IMG/VR virus record: IMGVR_UViG_3300028048_000080 | Coordinates: 32,001-96,000 of that record | DNA length: 64,000 nucleotides | From: a virus | Lineage: Duplodnaviria > Caudoviricetes | Direction: 5' to 3' (one strand) | Shown: positions 8,801-17,400 of the stretch, one piece after another | How the letters are laid out: each line of letters begins with the position of its first letter | How positions within the stretch are numbered: position 1 is the first letter of the stretch | Translations under genes and position numbers: made by a program | The notes under the pieces: model-generated | What the model saw: only the letters and a program-made list of their open reading frames with translations | Database searches by the model: none | What the model was told of the DNA's origin: nothing

Positions 8801-11320
8801 ATATACGCTGAATGGAATCTCGATAAAACGGTTGGCAAACATGTTGCTGGCTTCTTCTTCTGAAGCGTTGATTAACGGTGCCATGTTGCCACGCAAATTC
8901 TTGATAACGTCGCCCTTATTCACCCCTTTTATCTTTACGGCCACACCGAAAGTTACTTTATTGCTCGCATTATCTTTACGATAAAAGATAGAGCAACCTT
9001 CTACGTTAGGATTCTTTTCAAGCGTTTCTTTAATTTGCGAGCAAAAATCCGTGACGATTTTGCCGGCATCTTGTCCGTCATCAGTAACTAAGGCACTATT
9101 GGGAGGAATATAACTAGTGAAATCACTATACCCCTTATTCATATCGGCATGAATGCCAGCCAAAGCTTTATGGGCGTCCCCCTGAAGAAATTCAGAGGAA
9201 CGCAAAAGCTTCTTTAGATCTTGAGCTACTTCTCCGATATTATGAATGACTTCGTTAGACTCTGGCGTGAACTGAATAGCGTACGACAAATTACGTTCAC
9301 GATCTTTTTTACTAGCCAGCATCTTGTCCAGATAATTGGCGTCCGCAATGAAGAACTTCATGCCGCTGTTTTCAAAGAGCATTGGCTGAAATGCCGTCCG
9401 CTGTTTAAGAGCTTCAATCATATACTCTTTCGTATTGATATCGTAGCCTACTCCGCGGAGTTTGTCGCCAGCCATTAAAGCCCTTTGATAATAGTAGCGC
9501 ATGGTTTTCCAGTTAAATGCTATCGCGAATGGATTGCTTACATCCATTTGCATGCCTAACAGAGCCACTTCAGGAATATAAGCCTCGTAGTTAAACTCAC
9601 GTAAGTAGAGATTAACCTGCATGAGCTGAGGCATACCAGGGACCGTATTGATATTGATGGTTTCAAACATTACGGCCTTGATACCCAACACTTCGTTCAG
9701 GTAAGTATTTTCGATAGGCAAGAACGGTGTGAAGTGAAATTGAGAAATAAGTGCGCGCAAACCGTTAATGGAGTATTCCATCTTAGTGCCATTGGGCGCC
9801 GTTTCAGTAATCTTATATCCGTTAATCCCGTCGTTATGAGAAAAGAATATAGACATCTGAATCGTGCGGATGCTATATTTCGAGCCGACAGGCATTGAAC
9901 CGCGAGCACGCAAAATAGGCATAGAATCATTTACGCTGGAGTTCTGCACCGTAATGCTAGTAGGCGGAATCATTAGGGTCGTGTCGCCGATGGTTACCGT
10001 CCAATCTTGCAGTTCGTTCCAACTCTTGCCGAGAACCTTTTGTTGAATCTTTTTACGGTCATCCAGTTCGTCCCATGTTCTGAAATACCCGTCAGCTACG
10101 GCCGTCTGTTCGGGGTCGTAGTTATTTTTGAATACTTTCTTATCCGAACCGCCGGTGAAATTCTTATCGACGTCAGCATGCGTATTTTCTTTATCGGCTA
10201 TTAAAGCCTTAGCAAGGTTAACCCATTTGCCGTCAACTTTAATATACGCCGTGCCGGACAAACTGCCCGCATGAATCTGGCGTAGGAGACGATAACCACA
10301 GTTGGGATTGTCGTCGCTGCTCCACTCTTTTAATTGTTTTACGGCCTCGGGGTCATGTTCAGCCATCTCTTTCAAATCGTTTTCGGGCGAACTAGCATAT
10401 CCGTCTAACATAACGTATACGTCTTTTTGGGTAAGACGATTGATGAATGCGGTCGCCGCTTCAGGATTTCCTTCTCCGGTAGCGGGAGCCATTACCCATT
10501 TAAAAGATCTGGTATCGCCATCTTCGTTGGTGGGAATGTACTGATGATATCTGCCACCGATTTTGACGAATTTATAGATTTCTCCGTCCTTAGGTTCTCG
10601 CGCGCAAACATAAAGTCCCGGCTTCGCATCTATCGTATCTTTACCAGCTTCAACCAAAGTTAAGCTGGACGCGGGAACATTCTCCTCGAAAGCCATACGA
10701 GAAGCTACGGGACAATTTATGCCGTATAAAGATATGGTTACGTAATCATTATCTTTCATCGTGCCGCATGGCGTTCCTCTATGTTTGATGGTGTTAGCGT
10801 AAGTCCCCTCTTCGCCATTACCATTTAAAGCGTCGAGGCGCACACGAAGAGTTTTACCGTTGAACCAATTGCCTTCGTGCCCCGGTTCATCCGTAGTTAC
10901 CTTAAAGAAGTAATGACCGTTATTGTCAGTTCCGGGGGTGTCAAAAGCGGGCGCTTCCGTATAGAAGACGGCTTTCTTCCCGTCGCCCTTCTTGGCTTCA
11001 GCATCTTCGACTTTTTCGATGTCACCGCGCAACATATGATCGAGCTTACGCAAGTACATGTCATCCACGCCACCAAGATAGAAATCGCCCATGTTGGGCG
11101 TATCAAACATCTCCTGGGGGATAGCGTAGTGCTGAAGATTCTCCGCTGAATTTCTATCAGCGTATGCTAAGGCTTCAGCAGATATAGCTTGTCTCGTTTG
11201 CGCTTGCTGCATTTCCCACATTTTACGTTTTGTTTCACTATCGCTTACCGCATTTTGTGCTAGAGCATTGGCTCCGGCAGCCTGCAGTTGTGTATTTGAA
11301 TTTGACAGGTTCTCAACCAA
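2831..11320 (-). CDS. Giant (2829 aa) baseplate hub-like tail protein with degenerate SNase-like N-terminal domain
   Basis: Hub-like segments (ADTANIVLTN, LRAGARIHLRAGYG..LPIIFNGSIAEI, GDLVILGDTSVKPHDRISIND..VKEVVHHMSLENGFITTI). TTG start with GGGAGGG RBS; position in tail module. Confidence 0.6.
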   Translation of the reverse strand: MVENLSNSNTQLQAAGANALAQNAVSDSETKRKMWEMQQAQTRQAISAEALAYADRNSAENLQHYAIPQEMFDTPNMGDFYLGGVDDMYLRKLDHMLRGDIEKVEDAEAKKGDGKKAVFYTEAPAFDTPGTDNNGHYFFKVTTDEPGHEGNWFNGKTLRVRLDALNGNGEEGTYANTIKHRGTPCGTMKDNDYVTISLYGINCPVASRMAFEENVPASSLTLVEAGKDTIDAKPGLYVCAREPKDGEIYKFVKIGGRYHQYIPTNEDGDTRSFKWVMAPATGEGNPEAATAFINRLTQKDVYVMLDGYASSPENDLKEMAEHDPEAVKQLKEWSSDDNPNCGYRLLRQIHAGSLSGTAYIKVDGKWVNLAKALIADKENTHADVDKNFTGGSDKKVFKNNYDPEQTAVADGYFRTWDELDDRKKIQQKVLGKSWNELQDWTVTIGDTTLMIPPTSITVQNSSVNDSMPILRARGSMPVGSKYSIRTIQMSIFFSHNDGINGYKITETAPNGTKMEYSINGLRALISQFHFTPFLPIENTYLNEVLGIKAVMFETININTVPGMPQLMQVNLYLREFNYEAYIPEVALLGMQMDVSNPFAIAFNWKTMRYYYQRALMAGDKLRGVGYDINTKEYMIEALKQRTAFQPMLFENSGMKFFIADANYLDKMLASKKDRERNLSYAIQFTPESNEVIHNIGEVAQDLKKLLRSSEFLQGDAHKALAGIHADMNKGYSDFTSYIPPNSALVTDDGQDAGKIVTDFCSQIKETLEKNPNVEGCSIFYRKDNASNKVTFGVAVKIKGVNKGDVIKNLRGNMAPLINASEEEASNMFANRFIEIPFSVYPDPEKNSQEHVYDRLDTSRPEARVWDYALNTLQNSPRVKNDGSGEASTDGWMKAPLIAQLDNMRFRPIDTGVFHITSISASLRNTFSNVHLQESGKSCAQFLGGQDIEFNVSIMTTDKNAVKMIESMPDYATMMMRKYRQIIPCYPIKVDSEFTRFLGVSEVMIDNVTVNTVDNHPGTYQINLIMKSMDRTLRNRESAEMIQANNGGYRASSFADDIADWAQGKKNRADVYQAKKMKSYFEIETAISHAELYPDLELPTLAEMSTLGYDFIRYKFQDNRTYVDPDFYFVYLTRLSSQILRETIINSVQAGIDGTRTLTDASGAQYSMSPAELKGFDLIAANSEAKRQTEFAKAALNSQYELNAKGLSENLRDKSRVGAAVEDYDAWEINNDIRVVFMENRYKKEAESYDARKKADDAKDSFEQPHVDATNDTSQVKATDDTTQVKSTDDTTQVKATDDTSQVPGTQKGRTMPEGAWVIGQLANANTAAEKIAKYLTDVPITLEAPKESACRNSYFDKKQSDQDLKPSFDSVKADIRLGVGAFLSTPEVIEIFELLNIDRTEAFRSITEDIVFAAACSASGSKEYSSKKKAIDWMPSPDYMGVKVPVGTQNMAQAASASTLAEAIEEASMFGAFNIRQYTPEEFLQVTGENPVDVWSDEEKEKSPLNASRYLLDRYYRYQPVDTIRLYKQGCINSPKYCAFAYMRNMLYWLRRLILKRALPSINGDILRKVTKAEGEIRKAEERNKIPASQADAELRDHMTFFTKNAYAIDAGKMWVCSMLALSDGNKMLRDRIDKRDYRGLNEYLHGVSVPSTPVSPDDKLSTGMRKSNLALAGVGRQENKIASGVRPSAPSSRKVQQMDNQLYIKAADDPKQYMMHSCHDMIVYDARGRMLRAFPTYYMMLIDEGRELGSYKLHDNFYNSTNILSFDVIKDRKNPADTANIVLTNIYQSETTEEDTRLRAKESSAYDVFRSMFSPSTLGEDEEEKRTRTSGVLDQLNLRAGARIHLRAGYGSNAAMLPIIFNGSIAEINAEATINIVAQGDGVELTNPIMEEMEGHEIGQDAKWLSNGNNPKDIINDMLTTEGGWIARTLKNFGRPDLLGDNPYGIYHFGDKDFKDIIASGEPTQNIFDALPTPVWDEESDGGALFDQAPSISFDVFGKSPWDVINICRSVMPDFIAAVAPFDFRSTVFVGAPRYYYAYSYMSTSGVIREKRKPFQQFHVYSSACDIIGNGITATSQNMKTTATGLYQVAATANNKEQHKVGPLYADFDIYPENQKSMIVDTQLYAKGVPYIGACGLNFLTSFEIVDELFSNDEDNSCWNPNLTGGHNMNAKSIAWRMTASALKDSMKEMYAGDLVILGDTSVKPHDRISINDTYTGISGQCTVKEVVHHMSLENGFITTISPDCINTVQDKSEAASHHWYDMSAITWATHTAVVGNILRIWKSGATKASDAAALKQVGQKFFGSTIAKAESLAAKNSVAAGAWNLAKAGGKLVPKAAGMAVSAGEKLLTKLATRAAAGALIGSVVGPLGTGAGLISGAALAIAETVVIETVGNLVTNLFKKHARNLQVITLYPLKRYGRAWVAGIAGTKGMVYGTPSFGDNGPYTKIFNGMTGIEAPGKDAQGEALGVNTNDPSMAIANFSAAIFDDPEVWSMAKNSAAHKAGTIDENGDPTMNKDDFNESLRTSFSSPQAGAQLKNDYRAMQMTPRADFSKGNEVLSAYKHFAMLDINKYLTDPKLKNFYLISSDNRLRPYSEEGFFKIIHETPALNEGAYVDSQIMRIRGEETYVKVIKYKLDNGAIVYDVPLLSRDALNILYEIIRRAKNYMPAANSSDPYESYEQTKSSFIALESALRIGDTQSLAAAGHTFILQGVDNAVTPLASAIKDLQDEIKADAEKNGLGETALFDVSVDSTDKTKVAIVVRMAKVSGNGEERGSVEQKSEKTESEDVARREGEDDTDYLIRISEEGQKKDKELGDIVNGSIERQTAE
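7412..7523 (-). repeat. About 4 copies of an in-frame 27-bp repeat (ATDDTTQVK) inside the 2829-aa gene
   Basis: ATNDTSQVK ATDDTTQVK STDDTTQVK ATDDTSQVP in the translation. Confidence 0.9.
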
Positions 11321-11360
11321 AAAGAAACCCTCCCTAATCGTCCGTTTTTTACTACTTGTA

Positions 11361-11367
11361 TATTACC
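11361..11367 (-). promoter_or_regulatory. Candidate phage late promoter motif GGTAATA
   Basis: Same motif occurs in five intergenic gaps 41-70 bp upstream of minus-strand starts. Confidence 0.5.
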
Positions 11368-11386
11368 CGCCATGACACTTAAAACG

Positions 11387-11417
11387 AAAAAGTATCAGCA
11401 CGATACTTTTTCAAAAA
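11387..11417. repeat. 31-bp palindromic element copy 1 (AAAAAGTATC-agcac-GATACTTTTT-CAAAAA)
   Basis: Identical copy at 20351-20381. Confidence 0.9.
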
Positions 11418-11441
11418 AATAACGCCACCCGAAGGTGACGT
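11413..11441 (-). terminator. Probable intrinsic terminator after the 2960-aa gene
   Basis: ACGTCACC-TTCG-GGTGGCGT hairpin followed by a T-run on the minus strand. Confidence 0.65.
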
Positions 11442-11446
11442 GTAAA

Positions 11447-14400
11447 TTATGCTACGCCGATAGCGTGAGCTACCATACGATTAACTTGTAGCTGAGATAA
11501 ACTGTTGCCTACCGAAGTGCTCAGGTTAACGTTGACTGAACCAGTCTGAGGAGTCAGTCCGCTGGCCGCGTTGGAGATGGCATCCACCGCTGCCTGCTGT
11601 CCTTGGCCAGTTTGAGCGTTAATGTTGATAACGTAGCCTGAGGATGGGCCACCGCGCATTACGTTCAGATTGGAGTCGGATAATGACATCTGCTGCATGG
11701 CAATCTGATCCCCTTGGTCATTAGACATCTGCATCGCCTGAGTCTGAGCCGGAGTAGGAACATCGTGCTCTACCGAGGGGCCGGAAGCGTAGCCGGCAGT
11801 CATGAGCCCGGCAGCTATCCCGATTGCCGCGGCTATAGCTTTTCCTCCGGCTCCGCCGATGGGCGCAATATCGAGCATGCGTCCGAAAGATTTCCCGGCG
11901 CTTTCGGCCGTATCTTGCACTACGGCGCGTCGATAACGAGCGTTACGGTTCCTGGAGGCCGCTTCAGCCATCTGCTGTGCCGCATCTTCAGCGTTCTTAT
12001 GTATCGCCGTTGAAGTAGCGTTATCCAAGTCGTTAAAAGCTCCGCTGACTCCGGCTTCAGCATTCATATCATTTAATACCTGAGCTGTTTTGCCGAGTTG
12101 ACTATCTACCGAGTGACTGGAACGATAATTGAGTGGATCGGAGGCTTTTAAACCTGAGGCAGAAATACCCGTCATTAAAAGTTTTTGTTCTTTCTGGTCG
12201 ATGGTAGTGTTGCGCACGATATCACCAAAAAGCTTAGTGGTATTTTCGATAAGCTCATCGGTGTCGCCAAGCATGGCTGAACGCGGGCCAAATTCCTTTT
12301 TAGCTCTGTCCTTAAATACGCCGCCTACAAATGTTTGAAGAGCACTTGCCGCTTCTTCACGGTTTTCTCCCGTATACATTGCTTTTACGGCATCGCCCCA
12401 TACCTTCTGCAGTTCCTCAGCTCGTTTTAAGTCCGTTTCGCCGCGGGCGTTTTTACCGGTGAGAGCACCTTCCTGTAGAGCCATTAGACCGATAAGAACT
12501 TCGGCGTTTTCTTTACCCGTAAGCTTAGCTTGAGAATGAGCTATACGAGAGAATTCGAATAAGCTCTTATTCATAATACCGGCTGCTTTCTTAGAAGCCG
12601 CTTCGGTAAAACGTTCATCCATGCCCATCTGCCATTTACGATAATGCAGGGCTTCATCAAAGGCGGCGGCTTCTTCTTTGCCGTAGTTTTGAGCTACGAA
12701 GTTACCCATTCGCTGAACATAAAGAGCTTCATCTTTGGCCGCTCCTTTCTCAGCATCCCAGATTTTTTCAAAGTCTTCCGCGTGGCTGGTCTTATAATTT
12801 TCATTCAGCTGATCTAACAGGGCTTTATTGGTTTTTATTTCTTCCTCGGTGTATTTCTTTTCGAAGTTAACCAGTCGGTCACCATCGTAAGTATATTCCG
12901 TAAGGTTGCTAACACCGTAGGAATCATCGGCGATATGTTTCCCGTCTTTCCCCCAGTGAGATTCCTGAGGCTGGCCATACGGCGTAATATCTACCGCGTT
13001 GCGTACCATGCCCGCCTTAGCTTCTATGAAGTTATCATCGAGCAGTTTAACGTTCGTACCTTCCATGGCGCTTAAAGCACGATACGCGGCGAAGTCGACT
13101 TGGGCACGTACGGTGCGTCCATCAGCGTAAGTAATTTCGGCTTCACTCTTACGGATCATCGCGTTGATCTTATCGGAGTCATAGTCACCGTTCTGCTGGC
13201 GGAACGTCTTTAAGTTGGTACGGAATTCATCTCGACCGAGAATATCGCTAAAGTGCATATTGACGGCTTGAACCGGGTCACGAGAAACCAACGGATAACG
13301 CTGATCTACCGCGATAGTACCCTCTTTATCTAATACGCCGAGAGTCTTTTCTTTCAGCTGCTTAGCCAGTTTTTTATCGCCGCCAGCCATCTGCTCGAAC
13401 ATCTCGTCGGAATAGATAGCGTCTCTATGCTGCGTGCTGGCAAATAAGAAGCCGAGATCCATACCACTACCCTTTAAGACAGCATCTTTGGCGTTTCGGA
13501 TGTCGGCCAGTTCAGTGAATGATTTCCCGGAATCAAGGAATTTGGCATTGCCAAAAGCGCCATCTAATCCGTCGCCGAGGAACTGGAACCCCTGTGCCGT
13601 GCCGTACATGGTGCCATCCGAAATAACCGTAGTGGACGCCCGTTTGAACGTGCCGTTTTTATCGGTAGCTTCCTGCGCAACCATCGAACGGAGTTTCTCT
13701 GTCTCACGCATCAGTTCACTGCGCCGCTTCTCGTTAATATCTTGTCCGCCGCCGCGATGATTCTCATACTCGCTCGTGTACTGGTCATGCAGGCGCGTTA
13801 CGCGAGCTACCTGGCGCTGCAGCTCACTCTTACGAGCCGCGCCGGTGCTGTCTTCCTGCTGCAGCGCGGAGAATGGCAAGGCAATGGTGCGGTCACGATC
13901 CGACGTATATATCTGGCCATCTATTAAAGAGTTGGAATGCAAGTCAAGAACAATGGCCTGTCCATACAATGATTCAGCGAATTTATCATCAGTTTTATGG
14001 ATGCGAGCGTTGGTACGGAGGTCGTCGATAGACAAGCTGGTAAAGCCCAGGTTGTTCATTTCTTCCAACGAGTATTTATGACTGCGATTATATTCATGCG
14101 CGTTGGTCGAACTATTAGCTTCGATGAGGTCTAAGACTCTATTGGCGGTAGCATCTTGTACGTTGGACTTCTTCAGAGCATTAATGGCTCTCTGCGCAGT
14201 CTTTTTGTCGACCCCTTGCTCTTTGAGCCATGCCATGCCCTCTTCAGCGGTTTGGGCAGTTTCTCCGTTTTTCAGAATATGCTCAGCCCCTTGTACGCCT
14301 TTCCCCTCGTGAACGAAAGTGTCTTTCATAAAGTCATCGACGAGAGTCTGGTAGGCCAAGTCGCCATCTTTTTTAGACTTGGTAAAATCTTGGATAGCTC

Positions 14401-17400
14401 TTGAGAAGGCCGTGTCGCCGAACGCATCGGATATAGCCGTGGAAGATTTATCTATATAGTCCTTCGTATATACGGTGCTCTTCAAAGCATCAATAGTACG
14501 TTCATCTGCTTTGAAAGTGGATCTGTCTCCAGACTTACCGTAGTTATAGTTAGGCAGGACTCTAACCTGAGTGCGGGCGACTTCGTACATTACGTCGCCA
14601 TATTTGGTGGAAAGCTGGTGCATGGAATCGTGCCAGCCATCTTTGCCGCCAAAATATTTTTCCGTAACTTTGTTTAAGCCTTTAGTGCTAAGATGGCTGT
14701 CGTCAGTTACGAATTCTGCCCATTTTTTACCGTCAGTATCTTCATGGATTTTGATGCCTTTCATGGCACCGTTTTTCTCCATGATGTCCTTGGCTTCTTC
14801 TATGGAAAAACCCTTAAGATCGATTAATCCGTTAAACGTAGCTTCGAATGCGGAAGGGCCACCATGTTTTTTATGACCGGCCGCCGTATGACCGAACATG
14901 TCAATAGCTTCTTTTATGCCTATATCTCTTAGAGCTTCGTCCATAACGGTATTGGTACGGTAACGCTCTTCGAGTAAAGCGGAAGCAAACTTCGCCACAC
15001 CGCCAAAATTCTTGTTAATAATTTCTTCTATCTTGGCGTCGTTAAGAGCTAATAGTCGTTCACGCTTGGCTTTGTCTTTTTCCGCCATCGCTTTGCTGAG
15101 CGTCAGACCATGAACGAAAGCGGCAAATCCCGTACCTTTTACGGTTCCGGTATCAAACAATTCTTGAATAAAGTCGACGTGAATTTGCCGGCCGATAAGC
15201 TTTTCTGCGTTCAGCTCTTTTAATGTGGAAGCGATTTTCTTGTCGACTTCTTGTGAACCTTGGCCAAGCCCGTTCATCAAGACATGGCTCATCTGTTTTT
15301 CGCTATAGTCGGTCAGCTTAGTGTGGCCATCTATATCCAGGCTTTTAACGTAGAAGTCGTGAGAGAACGGCGAATTTTCCTTAGAGAAAAGCGCCCAGGC
15401 AGCCTGCTCGCGCTCAGCCCCCGTAAGAGATTTGTTAATATTCTGGTTGATATAATCGCTTACGGCCTCATCGGTCATTTCTTGACCGTTTTTAAAGATG
15501 CCTGACCTTAAAAGCCCTGTCTGCTTAGCCCTTACGGTTTCGTCTTTATACGTAGCGCTATTAGAAGCTTTAGTAAACAGTTCTTCTCCAGATTCTACGT
15601 ATACGCCTGCGTTCGATTCATAATGGGCCATACCGTCGGCGTCAAAAGTAATTTTGCCCTGAGCTTTCAATAGCTTTTCGAAATTACGGCTATTTTCGAT
15701 ATCGGAGCGGGCAATTTTGCCGAAAGCAACATGCTGTTCAAAATGCTCGGAGGTTAATCCGGCATCTGCGGCGCGGGCCGAAATGGCGCCCGATGCTTCA
15801 TCCGTAAAGATGGACATCATCTGACGATATTCGAAGGAGTCCTCGCCCAGCTTATCGGCAGCATATCGCATTAAGCGGCGCATACTTTCCGAATCAGCGG
15901 AGAGCTTATTGACCACCATGGTGTCGGCAACGTTATGGCCAAGCTTCTCGGAAATAGCATTCATATGCATGTGTTCCTGCATGGATTCGAATGCTGCTCC
16001 AAAACGTACGCCACGGCCTTCCATGATTTTTGCGGCGCGTTCTACATTGAACGGGATGGCCCTATCCATCTTAGTAGAAATATGGTTAAGGTCTTTGTCA
16101 TAGGACATTAATCCGCGATAACTGTCGGATAGAATATTTACCTGACCACGGGTGTCACCGGCATGGCTCAGGATATCCTGAAAAGCGCCTGTGGTGTCGC
16201 CTTCAAAGAGGTCGAGAAATTCTGCGCGCCCAGAGTCAATACTATCGACGATATACGGAGTCAAAATATGCAGTGTGCGCATATATGCTGCCGCGAGAGA
16301 ACTCGATGCATTCTTTAACGAATTGATTTCATCGACTCTTTTAGCGTGTTTAATACCTTCATCGCCGATTTTCTCCAAGTGCTCAATCATGATATCGGCA
16401 GCCTGCGTACCTTCGTCGCGAAGTTTTTGTATTATCTCTTTGCGGTCTTTTTGCCCTATCGTATGTAAAGTTTCGTCTATATTAATAACGTTAGCGAGAT
16501 TACGGTCTTGGCGGTCGCCAAAATAATCAGCTGAGTGCTGCCGATATCTCGCGCTTCGCATTCCGAAAATGCCTGATACTTCTTCGGCAAGATTACCGTT
16601 TTCCCTTCCGCGGTTGAACATGAAGTTCATTAGGTTCTCGCCATCTCTAGCGAGACGACCTTCTTCCGTGGTATAAATTAAAGCGTTGTGCTTGGAAGAA
16701 TAATAGAGGCCTACTTCGTCGCCGAACTCTTGTCCGTTAGCCAGGCGGCGCTTAAAAGTACCGTTGGAAAATACGTTGCGGTCAAGACCGATTACGGTGT
16801 AGTTATTAGCCCTTACATCCTGCGCCGTATTATAGACCCAGAACTGGCCATAATCTTTGTTATAGCCTATAGCGCCGCCGTGAGAATAAATGCCGCCAAT
16901 AATCTGTTCAAGCATTTCTTGGCTGGCGCCGTAGCGGGCACGCTGCATCTTGTAAATCTTACGCGCGTCTCTCTCACTATAACCAGCGGTGTCTACCAGC
17001 TTCTGGATAAACTCCTGCTCTTCTTTTTCGGTTCCTTGCGATACATCGAAGCCGTTATTGAAAACTATGTTTTTATTAATGTCAGAAGCGACGCCCTTGG
17101 CCCAAGCTAGAAAATCCTGCCCTTCCTTGGACTCTTTTTTCCAAACAGGTTTACCGTTTTCAGCAACAGGCTTGAAACTAGTAGCAACCTGAAAATCGAT
17201 GCCGGTAGCTTTGGAACTAACGGCGAGAATCTCATCGTCCGTCAAACCGCCGTTAACCAAGTTGTCGATAATATCGAACTGCTCGGTGGTAGACAATATG
17301 CCAGCCCATACATTACGTTTTCTTCTTTCACGCATTAAATGAGTGATCTTGCCGCCGGCGATAGCAGCAGTGTCGTTTTCAATATCGACGAGATATTCTT

